Shown: positions 24,744-32,000 of the stretch, one piece after another | Layout of the letters: the number at the start of each line of letters is the position of its first letter | How positions within the stretch are numbered: position 1 is the first letter of the stretch | DNA from: Trinickia dinghuensis | GTDB taxonomy: Bacteria; Pseudomonadota; Gammaproteobacteria; Burkholderiales; Burkholderiaceae | Assembly: GCF_003367175.1 (NCBI RefSeq) | Contig: NZ_QRGA01000013.1 | Span: 32,230 to 64,229, forward strand | Length of the DNA stretch: 32,000 nucleotides | Direction: 5' to 3' | Position numbers and translations under genes: made by a program | Notes under the pieces: generated by a model | The model's input: only the letters and a program-made list of their open reading frames with translations | What the model was told of the DNA's origin: nothing | Database searches by the model: none

Positions 24744-25523
24744 ATGCAGAACACCACGCCAATTCTCGACCGGATCCTGCTGACGAATGACGACGGATAT
24801 GACGCTCCGGGGTTGGCCGTCCTCGAGAAGGTCGCGGCCACGCTAGCGCGCGAGATCTGGATCGTCGCACCTGCGGAGGACCAGAGCGGCACCTCCCACT
24901 CGATCAGCCTTCATCAACCGCTGAGAGTGCATCGCAAAGGCGAGCGGCGCTTTGCGGTGCGTGGCACACCGGGTGATTGCGTCGCGGTCGCCATCGGCAG
25001 GCTGATGGGTGACAAGCTCCCTGATCTCGTGCTCTCGGGCATCAATCGCGGAGCGAACCTCGGGACGGAAACTGTCTTCTCCGGCACGGTTGGCGCGGCA
25101 ATGACCAGCATGCTGCTGGGCGTTCGTGCGATCGCACTGAGTCAGGCCTTTAAGGATCGCGACGCGGTACCGTGGGAGGCAGCCCTCACGCACGCGCCCA
25201 ACGCGATTCGCCGATTGGTGGCGCAAGGCTGGGACAACGATGCCTGCCTTAACGTCAACTTTCCCGCACGGTCCGCGCAGGACGTCGGCGAACTCAAAGC
25301 TACGAGCCAAGGTGCGGGATTGCTGCAAGGCGTCGAAGTCGTATCGCGGACCGATCCGAGAGATATCGATTACCACTGGCTCAAGCTGAGCAGATCTCGT
25401 CGAGAAGACACCGCGGAATCGGAGACGGTCGCACTGGGCCAAGGTTACGTCACCGTTACACCGCTAAAGTTCGAGCGAACGCATGAAGCCGCTCTCGAGC
25501 AGTTGCGCTTAGGCTTGGCTTAG
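24744..25523 (+). CDS. surE: 5'/3'-nucleotidase SurE
   Basis: 259 aa with the hallmark ILLTNDDGYDAPG N-terminus, SGINRGANLG and YSGTVGAAM-like FSGTVGAAM. GAGGAGG RBS. Confidence 0.9.
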   Translation: MQNTTPILDRILLTNDDGYDAPGLAVLEKVAATLAREIWIVAPAEDQSGTSHSISLHQPLRVHRKGERRFAVRGTPGDCVAVAIGRLMGDKLPDLVLSGINRGANLGTETVFSGTVGAAMTSMLLGVRAIALSQAFKDRDAVPWEAALTHAPNAIRRLVAQGWDNDACLNVNFPARSAQDVGELKATSQGAGLLQGVEVVSRTDPRDIDYHWLKLSRSRREDTAESETVALGQGYVTVTPLKFERTHEAALEQLRLGLA

Positions 25524-25600
25524 CAAAGGCATTCGCCTCCTAGCCGCGACGCGCGGACGGCGGCAGTTGGGCACCGGCCCACGTGCGATCGAGGGCCGGC

Positions 25601-26458
25601 CTAAGCTATCGCAACCAGCCCCACTTCAAGTGCAAACGGCAGCCACGTCAGCAACTGCGCCCCGATCTCACCCGGCCCCCGCCCGAGTTCGCCGGCCACG
25701 CCGGCGATCAGTTCGCGCACGCCGATCCCCTTTTCCCCCAGCAGGTTCAGGAACGAAAACGACCATGGCTCGAGACGATGCAGCCGCACGCGATAGTGAC
25801 TGCGCGCCACGGCAACGAGCGTGTCCCCCGACGTGGGCGTGCCGAACGGCTGATCGGCCGCCACCGCCGCGATCAGACCGGAAAAATCAAAATCGAGCAG
25901 CAAAAGCCGCAGCGATTCAGGCGCGCGCAACCTCAGTGCGTATAACAAAACGAGATCGAACGAAGCAGGAAACAGCGGACGTTCGCTCCCTTCGACACCG
26001 GGCGCACGCTCCACTTCGGCGAATGCGCGCTCGAGCCGCGCGAGGCTCGCCGGCAGCGCTTCGAGCGTGCCGCGTCCATCGTTGGGCCGCGGTCGAGCCG
26101 CCTCGAGAAAATCGGCGAAGCCCGCGCCCAGATCGAACAGCGTATAGGACGAAGGCGGCTTGGCGCCGAGATACGCGCCGGCAAAGAGATCGAAAACCTG
26201 ATCGCCGACGAAACGCCTCAGCACCGGAAATTCCGCGCGCAGGCATTCGATGAGGCGCATGCGATAGCTGACCACATAGATCTCGAGGCGCTGCCGAGCC
26301 GGCAGTCTTTCCGTGCCGACCACCGCCTGATCGCAATCGATCCCGTATTGGGCCGCCATGCTCAGCGCATCGTCGAGGGTCCAGGACTCTCCCGAAACCA
26401 CATCCTGCATCCAGTGCTGCAGCGTGGCGAGATCGCGTTCGTTCACGTTATCGGTCAA
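25601..26458 (-). CDS. DUF2063-family protein (HvfC/BufC-type MNIO partner)
   Basis: 285 aa, immediately (2 nt) downstream of the DUF692 gene. The N-terminal LATLQHWMQDVV pattern and the overall size fit DUF2063 partner proteins. The track start at 26458 is TTG, and GTG at 26446 is an alternative. Confidence 0.8.
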   Translation of the reverse strand: MTDNVNERDLATLQHWMQDVVSGESWTLDDALSMAAQYGIDCDQAVVGTERLPARQRLEIYVVSYRMRLIECLRAEFPVLRRFVGDQVFDLFAGAYLGAKPPSSYTLFDLGAGFADFLEAARPRPNDGRGTLEALPASLARLERAFAEVERAPGVEGSERPLFPASFDLVLLYALRLRAPESLRLLLLDFDFSGLIAAVAADQPFGTPTSGDTLVAVARSHYRVRLHRLEPWSFSFLNLLGEKGIGVRELIAGVAGELGRGPGEIGAQLLTWLPFALEVGLVAIA

Positions 26459-26460
26459 AG

Positions 26461-27411
26461 TCAGCGGCTCAATTGAAATTCGACCGGCGTGGACAACGCC
26501 CCCGCCGCCACGGGGCGCACGTTGCCGGCGTCAGGCATCGCACCGCTTCTCGCCGCCTTCGCCTTGCCGAGTTCGCCGAGCAACTCGGCAAACGGCGGAA
26601 TGTTCGCGTCCCATTCGAGCAGCGTCGCCACACCCGACGTGCGTGCCTGTGCAAGCGCGTAAAGCGGCCACACGGCGGCCGGCACGGGCTGATCGTGCGT
26701 GTCGACGAGATGCGTGCCGCAATCGCTCGGGCCCGCGAGATGAATCTGCACGATGTTTTCGGCCGGCAACTGCTCGATATAGGCGACGGGATCGAAGCCG
26801 TGATTCGTGGCGCTGACGTAGACGTTGTTGACGTCGAGCAGCAAGCCGCAGCCCGTCGCGTCCGCCAGCCGCGCGAGAAATTCCGACTCCGACATCTGCG
26901 ACGCATGAAACGTCAGATAGCTGCTCGGATTCTCGAGAATCAGCGCGCGCCCGAGATAGTCCTGCACGGCGCGAACGCGATCGGCCACATGCGCCAGACT
27001 TTGCTCGGTCAACGGCATCGGCAGCAGGTCATGCGTATTGCGGCCGTTGACGCCCGTCCAGCAGAGATGATCGGAAATCCAGGCGGGGCGAACGCGCTCG
27101 GCCAATTCGCGAAGCTTGCGCAGATAGTCGCGATCGAGCGGCGCGACACTGCCGATCGACAGCGATACGCCGTGCATGACGATCGGCCGATGCGCCGCAA
27201 TTCGCTCGAGCACATGGGCCGCGTAGCCGTGGTGATCGAGAAAGTTCTCGCTGATGATCTCGAACCAGTCGACGCCCCACTCCGAAGGCGCCGTCGCCAT
27301 CAAATGCGGAAAATGGACGTGCCGTAGCCCGACCCCGTCACCGAGATTCGGCAGACCGAGGCGACAAACCGGTGCGCTTGCCGCCTCGTACGAAACAGCC
27401 TCCACGGTCAC
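26461..27411 (-). CDS. DUF692-family multinuclear non-heme iron oxidative enzyme (MNIO; MbnB/HvfB/BufB-like)
   Basis: 316 aa with [60 protein letters not shown] and VDTHD, the TIM-barrel metal-ligand contexts I recognise from DUF692. The GTG start overlaps the upstream stop (GTGA at 27408-27411). Confidence 0.9.
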   Translation of the reverse strand: MTVEAVSYEAASAPVCRLGLPNLGDGVGLRHVHFPHLMATAPSEWGVDWFEIISENFLDHHGYAAHVLERIAAHRPIVMHGVSLSIGSVAPLDRDYLRKLRELAERVRPAWISDHLCWTGVNGRNTHDLLPMPLTEQSLAHVADRVRAVQDYLGRALILENPSSYLTFHASQMSESEFLARLADATGCGLLLDVNNVYVSATNHGFDPVAYIEQLPAENIVQIHLAGPSDCGTHLVDTHDQPVPAAVWPLYALAQARTSGVATLLEWDANIPPFAELLGELGKAKAARSGAMPDAGNVRPVAAGALSTPVEFQLSR

Positions 27412-29702
27412 GTCGACGGCGGCATGGCAATGCGCAGCGGGTTCGCCGGCAGTTCGGGCGGCACTTCCTGCTGTCTTGCCTGCAGCACGCGCTTGTAGGC
27501 CTCGTAGGCGATCTTGTCGATGCGCTCACCCTTCTCGAAGGCGATCGTCGCGTCCGTGCCTTCGAGCGGCACTGCCTGCCAACGCGGTTGAAAGCCGCCG
27601 GTCTTCTTATAGTCGAACAACTGCATCGTGCCGCCGACCGGGAAGCGCTGGGAAGCCGAAATCGGCACGGCACAGCCGCCGAAGCCCTGGCAGCGGTTGT
27701 CGCCGGGCGCGCTGAAGACCGGCAGTGGATTGCAGCCGTTGCCGAACGTACGCGTCTGCAGCGCCGTGCTCGCACTCGTGCTCGTGCTGCAATTGCCGCC
27801 GCCCGAAACTTTCTGCACGAAGCCGCATCCGCCCTGCGCGTTGCATTGATTCGAGCCGCGGCAGCTGTGGAAAACGCCCACCTGGGCGCAATCGTTCGGC
27901 GCCTGCGCGGCACTGAGGTCGAGCCCTTGGCACGCGTGATACAGCGTCTTCGAATTGAGCGGTTCCAGTCCGATCGACAAATCGGGGGCCTTCCCAAAGA
28001 CGGCCCAGCAGATCGCCATGCGATCGCCCGAGCCCACCATCGACGGGAACGGGAACTGCACGGGATTCTGTGCCTGGGCGGCCGCGTTCCAAAAGTCGTC
28101 GAGCACCGTCAGCACGCCCGCGATCGAACCGACCGCGGCTTGGCTCAGCGTCGGGTAATAGCGTGCCGGCTCGGCGCGCAGCGTGTTGAGCGCCTCGGCA
28201 ACCTCATCCGGCGAAGGAATGGGATCGTCGGCCGGACGCACATAATCGGGCTTCTTCAAATCGTTGCCCTGCCAGCCGCAGCCCTCCTTCGACCGTTTGG
28301 CCCACCAGTCGGTCCACGTCCGCACGCCGCCCTGCGCGAACAGATTCCGGATATCCCTGTTGAAGCGCTCGAAGTGATCGGCTTCATCGTGATCGGTACG
28401 CGCCGCCGCATCGGCCGAAGGCACGAGCACGCCGCTATCGTTGAAGCTCGGATAGTCCGATTCGAGCGCAACGGGAGACGGGCGATACTCCTTCTTCACG
28501 GCCTGCAAACCGACCTCTCTCGCACGCTGCAGCAACTGCTGCTTGCGATCGCCGCCTTGCAGCAGCCCATGCGGCTGAGCCGTCAGCTCGGCAAGCACCG
28601 GGAAAGCGTCTTCGGGCAAGATCTCGACGCCGAGCGCATCCTTGAAAACTTCTTGCAGGTTCTCGTAATTGCGCGCCCCGATCTCCCCGCCGAGATGATC
28701 GCTGAGCGCCGTCACGCCCTTTTCCACGCGCACGCGAACCCGCTCTTTGATCGTGCTGCCTTCGCCCTGATCGGTGATGGCGCTCATCATATTGAGCATC
28801 TGCGCTTTGGCGATGTCCTTGTACGTGAGCGCGATCGTCGTCTCGAAGCCCATGAACTCGCGCATCGGATGGCCCGAGCCCGAGAAGTTGTTGAACAGGT
28901 CGTTCTGCTGCCCGTTGGGATTGAACACGCTGTCCCACAACGTCGAGCCGTCCTCGTAGACCACGTTCACATACTTGCTGTAACACTGGTACATCCAGCC
29001 GATCGACCCGAATTGCGGCAGCGGCTCGCCCGCCTCCCAGGGGCCGCGCGCACCGCCCGGCTTCCAAATATCGTCGAACGGGGCGGTCGGGAAATACTCG
29101 GCGCGGTACGGTTCGAGCACGTCCGCGCGCGCGTCGGCGTCGTCCCGCTCGATCGCGCAGAAGAGCCAGAGTTTCTCTTCATTGAGCGCGCCGACGTCGA
29201 CGTCGGCCGCCAGCCCCTGCTCCCTGCGCTCCTGATAGCTTTGCGTATGGGCCAGATCGATGATGTTCGGAATGCGCGTCTTGCCGTGGCCGAAGCATTT
29301 CCATGCATGCGTTTCCGGATCGACGAGCGAGCACGTGCTGTATTTCGGCGGCGAATTCGGATCGCTGACGGCCGTCGCCATATTCGAGGCGAGCTGCAGA
29401 TGCAGCATTTCGTCGATGAAGACGGAAAAGAGAATATTGAACGCCTGCTCTTCGTTGTTCGCGGGCGTGCGCACCGGCTTCGCGCCGGGCCACAGGCGGC
29501 CCTTGTAGAAATCGAGATTCTTTCCTGTAATGGCATGCATGCCGTAAATCGAATACAGGCTCGTCATATACAGCGGAATCGTGAAAAGCTCAACCTCGAG
29601 CGCGGCTTGGGCAATGGCCCGCAGGGCGGCGATGTCGGTTTCCTTATGGGCGGGATTCCGCTTGACTGTTACGGTTCCGTGACTGCTTTCGATGCTTTCC
29701 AT
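27408..29702 (-). CDS. Large ferritin-like-domain protein with a C-terminal Cys-rich bufferin/HvfA-like block
   Basis: ATG 29702 with AGGAGA 6 nt upstream gives 764 aa. Ferritin-like helices: [51 protein letters not shown]. No signal peptide is visible. The C-terminal block contains [17 protein letters not shown] and [12 protein letters not shown]. The 774-aa track ORF adds 10 Arg-rich codons upstream. Confidence 0.85.
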   Translation of the reverse strand: MESIESSHGTVTVKRNPAHKETDIAALRAIAQAALEVELFTIPLYMTSLYSIYGMHAITGKNLDFYKGRLWPGAKPVRTPANNEEQAFNILFSVFIDEMLHLQLASNMATAVSDPNSPPKYSTCSLVDPETHAWKCFGHGKTRIPNIIDLAHTQSYQERREQGLAADVDVGALNEEKLWLFCAIERDDADARADVLEPYRAEYFPTAPFDDIWKPGGARGPWEAGEPLPQFGSIGWMYQCYSKYVNVVYEDGSTLWDSVFNPNGQQNDLFNNFSGSGHPMREFMGFETTIALTYKDIAKAQMLNMMSAITDQGEGSTIKERVRVRVEKGVTALSDHLGGEIGARNYENLQEVFKDALGVEILPEDAFPVLAELTAQPHGLLQGGDRKQQLLQRAREVGLQAVKKEYRPSPVALESDYPSFNDSGVLVPSADAAARTDHDEADHFERFNRDIRNLFAQGGVRTWTDWWAKRSKEGCGWQGNDLKKPDYVRPADDPIPSPDEVAEALNTLRAEPARYYPTLSQAAVGSIAGVLTVLDDFWNAAAQAQNPVQFPFPSMVGSGDRMAICWAVFGKAPDLSIGLEPLNSKTLYHACQGLDLSAAQAPNDCAQVGVFHSCRGSNQCNAQGGCGFVQKVSGGGNCSTSTSASTALQTRTFGNGCNPLPVFSAPGDNRCQGFGGCAVPISASQRFPVGGTMQLFDYKKTGGFQPRWQAVPLEGTDATIAFEKGERIDKIAYEAYKRVLQARQQEVPPELPANPLRIAMPPST

Positions 29703-30061
29703 GCGTGGTCTCCTACGTATCGGCGAGCGCATGGGAATGTCGTTCGCCGGCTGTGGGGGGGAAGCGGCTGCTGAACAAGCCGTCTTTTTTTATCAAAACA
29801 GGCCGAACGACGAGCAACGGGAGCAGACCGGCTCTGCTGCGCCGGTCTTACGTCTGATGAAACATACGGTAGCCATATCGGCGTGTCAAGCGGTGGGATG
29901 CACCCTCCGCTAGGTGGGCTTCCGCCAAATTCGCCTTGGGCGATGACGCTGCGAAGCAACCGCCGACCCCGATGTTGCGTAGTGTTGCGCTTGCCCCATG
30001 TCGGGTATGATCAGCCGATCTGCCGACAATCAATAATTAACGAAAAGAGGACGACACACGT

Positions 30062-30421
30062 ATGGAAAATCACGTTCTTCAAGATGGCGCACCCGCTTCT
30101 TCCTCGCCTGTCGTTCGCGTCTCGCTGGCGAACTTCGACCCGGCTCGATTTACCGAAGTCAATCAAATGGCGGAGGACATTGGGGAGTATTTGATTCCCG
30201 CGATCAAGAAACTTCCGGGCCTCATTCATTACTATGCTGCTTGCTCCCCCAAGGGCTCCATGATCCACGTAAGCATTTGGGATACCGACGAGCACGCGCA
30301 GCAAATGAGCCACCTGAAAGAAATGATCGTCGATGCGAAAAACGATGCGGAGAAGGTAGGGGTCGTATTTACTCCCATCGTTCACTACCCTACCAATTGG
30401 AAGATTATTATTCCGCAATAG
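30062..30421 (+). CDS. Small ABM/Dabb-fold-like protein (antibiotic-biosynthesis-monooxygenase-like), lower G+C
   Basis: 119 aa. VRVSLANFDPARF...LPGLIHYYAACSPKGSMIHVSIWDTDEHAQQM resembles ABM-domain proteins. Many A/T-ending codons contrast with the neighbouring genes. Confidence 0.5.
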   Translation: MENHVLQDGAPASSSPVVRVSLANFDPARFTEVNQMAEDIGEYLIPAIKKLPGLIHYYAACSPKGSMIHVSIWDTDEHAQQMSHLKEMIVDAKNDAEKVGVVFTPIVHYPTNWKIIIPQ

Positions 30422-30484
30422 GTTTCAAAGGCCGTATTACCGGCAGCCGCCCGATGAATGAGGCCATCGGGCGGGCTCGCCCGA

Positions 30485-31891
30485 TCAGATCTCCCGGCTA
30501 AGCGGCAGCGCCTCAGACAAGACCCTGCCTCGATACCAAAACCAGTAAGCAAGCGTCAGTACAACAAGAAACGGTACGCCGCACAGCAGGGTCATTCGAA
30601 ATTCGCGCGTGAAATAGGTCGTCACGAGCGCCGCGCTCATCAATCCTGCACCGAGCAGCGACGTCGCGGGATAACCCCACATACGAAACGCGAGCGCCTC
30701 GCCGCGGCGATGCCGGCGGAAGAACAGATGCGTGACGAAGATCATGAACCACGTGAACATCGCGCCGAACATCGATACCGACATCATCAGCACGAACGAC
30801 GTGTCGGGGTAGACCACGTTGAGCACCGTCGCGAGCGCGATTCCAATGGCCGAGAGCATCAACGCGGCAACCGGCACGCCGCGAGCGTTGAGCACGCCGA
30901 GGCGTTTCGGCGCATAGCCTGCGCGCGACAGGCTGAACATCATGCGCGTCGTGATATACAGCTGGCTATTCATCGCCGAGAGCGCCGCGACGAGGATCAC
31001 GAGATTGATCACGCCCGCCGCGCCCGGAATGTGCGTCGCGGCCATGACCTTGACGAACGGGCTTCCGCCGGCGCCGGCCGCCGTCCAGGGCACGATGGCG
31101 AGCATCAGCGCGAGCGTCAGCAGATAGAAGAACACGAGCCGGAACATCGTGGCGCGAAACGCGCGCGTGATCGCCTTGTGCGGATCGCGCGCCTCCCCTG
31201 CCGCGACGGCGATCATCTCGATGCTCAGGTAGCTGAAGATCGACACGATCACGGCTACCCACATGCCCCACACGCCTTTCGGAAAGAAGCCCCCATGCGA
31301 CGTATAGTTCGCGAATCCGATGCCCGAGGACGCGGGTGCGCCGAACACCATGTACGCGCCGAGCAAAATGAATAGGACGATCGCGACGATCTTCAGCATC
31401 GAAAAAAAATACTCGACCGCGCCGAACACCTTCACGCTCACCACGTTGATGCCGATCAGCGCCGCCGAGAAACCGACGATCCAGTACCAGCCCGGCACGC
31501 CCGGAAACCAGTACTTCATATAGACGGCGATCGCCGTGACTTCCGTGCCGACTGCAAACACAATCGACGACCAGTAAGCGTAGCGCACCAGAAACCCCGC
31601 CAACGGGCCGACATAGTGTTCGGCGTAAGCGCCGAACGAGCCCGACGTGGGATGCTCGACCGTCATCTCCGCGAGACAGCCCATCAGCAGCAGCGCGATG
31701 AGCGCCCCGATCGCATAGCTCAGCAGCACGCTAGGTCCGGCAAAGCCGATCGCGAAGGCGCTGCCGAGAAAGAGCCCCGTGCCGATCGCCCCGCCTATCG
31801 CGATCATCGACAGTTGGCCTGTCGACAGTCCGCGATGCAGCCCCTTCTCCCGTTCGACGATCGCGTCGAATCCTTGTTGTGATTGCGTCAT
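30485..31891 (-). CDS. APC-family amino-acid permease
   Basis: 468 aa with about 12 TM segments. The N-terminal LHRGLSTGQLSMIAIGGAIGTGLFLGS is the classic amino-acid permease signature. Confidence 0.9.
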   Translation of the reverse strand: MTQSQQGFDAIVEREKGLHRGLSTGQLSMIAIGGAIGTGLFLGSAFAIGFAGPSVLLSYAIGALIALLLMGCLAEMTVEHPTSGSFGAYAEHYVGPLAGFLVRYAYWSSIVFAVGTEVTAIAVYMKYWFPGVPGWYWIVGFSAALIGINVVSVKVFGAVEYFFSMLKIVAIVLFILLGAYMVFGAPASSGIGFANYTSHGGFFPKGVWGMWVAVIVSIFSYLSIEMIAVAAGEARDPHKAITRAFRATMFRLVFFYLLTLALMLAIVPWTAAGAGGSPFVKVMAATHIPGAAGVINLVILVAALSAMNSQLYITTRMMFSLSRAGYAPKRLGVLNARGVPVAALMLSAIGIALATVLNVVYPDTSFVLMMSVSMFGAMFTWFMIFVTHLFFRRHRRGEALAFRMWGYPATSLLGAGLMSAALVTTYFTREFRMTLLCGVPFLVVLTLAYWFWYRGRVLSEALPLSREI

Positions 31892-31930
31892 CTCCCGTCT
31901 CCTTTGACTTGATGCGGTGCGGTGCGGTGT

Positions 31931-32000
31931 TCAGGTCACCGACTTGCGCGTGCGGAACGCTTCGGTATTCCATGCGTCCGTTTCGATGATGTCCTTGAGT
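31931..32000 (-). CDS. 3' end of an unidentified gene (partial, continues right of the window)
   Basis: The minus-strand frame reads LKDIIETDAWNTEAFRTRKSVT* with TGA at 31931-31933 and G/C-rich third positions. It is too short to assign. Confidence 0.35.
   Translation of the reverse strand, partial: LKDIIETDAWNTEAFRTRKSVT

Noticed and set aside
27372-29774. 800-aa plus-strand ORF
   Set aside because: It is antisense to the ferritin-like gene. Its translation is Arg-rich ([19 protein letters not shown]...) with no domain signatures. The minus-strand frame has an RBS, ferritin-like motifs and translational coupling to the next gene.
29762-29795. Imperfect hairpin plus T7 run upstream of the ferritin-like gene as a terminator
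   Set aside because: The stem is weak (one mismatch in 6 bp). On the plus strand there is no upstream gene to terminate. On the minus strand the run is an A-tract upstream of the operon, more likely part of its promoter region.
30458-31375. 305-aa plus-strand ORF
   Set aside because: It is antisense to the amino-acid permease gene. Its extremely Arg/His/Glu-rich composition does not look protein-like.
1-32000. CRISPR arrays, rRNA genes and large tandem repeats
   Set aside because: I saw no regularly spaced 25-40-bp direct repeats with unique spacers, no rRNA-like conserved stretches and no tandem arrays. The only periodic repeats are the operator-like dyads reported above.

Overview
High-G+C bacterial chromosome segment with Burkholderia-like sequence character (the taxon is an inference). 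It falls into three blocks. (1) 1-9250 is an ordinary catabolic and uptake locus. It holds a family III CoA-transferase, a crotonase, a decayed transposase HTH remnant, an IclR regulator, a four-gene sugar ABC importer, an enolase-superfamily dehydratase and an L-rhamnose-mutarotase-like gene. (2) 9254-19281 is a roughly 10-kb, visibly lower-G+C integrated filamentous (inovirus-like) prophage. It is bounded by 17-bp direct repeats ending in a dif/XerD-arm-like TTATGTCAAAT, and it encodes no integrase. One minus-strand module runs small ORF, Rep, ssDNA-binding protein, small membrane proteins, major coat, pIII-like, pVI-like, Zot/pI and its own secretin. It continues with a DNA-binding-like gene embedded in an array of CGTTAC/GTAACG palindromes, then a translationally coupled 155-aa/69-aa cargo pair. 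A divergent XRE-type repressor gene has its 3' end split by integration. (3) 19282-32000 holds a GGDEF-EAL protein, an orphan ATPase with a C-terminal wHTH, a zinc-ribbon membrane protein bracketed by 81-bp direct repeats, VapBC and a stand-alone SurE. After these comes the most unusual item: a DUF692 (MNIO)/DUF2063 maturase pair translationally coupled to a 764-aa signal-less ferritin-like protein whose C-terminus carries a bufferin/HvfA-like nine-Cys block. A lower-G+C ABM-like gene and an APC amino-acid permease close the window. I saw no rRNA, tRNA or CRISPR array. Many long ORFs in the track are antisense or shadow ORFs typical of high-G+C DNA and were rejected. All family assignments come from motif recognition by eye, not from database searches.
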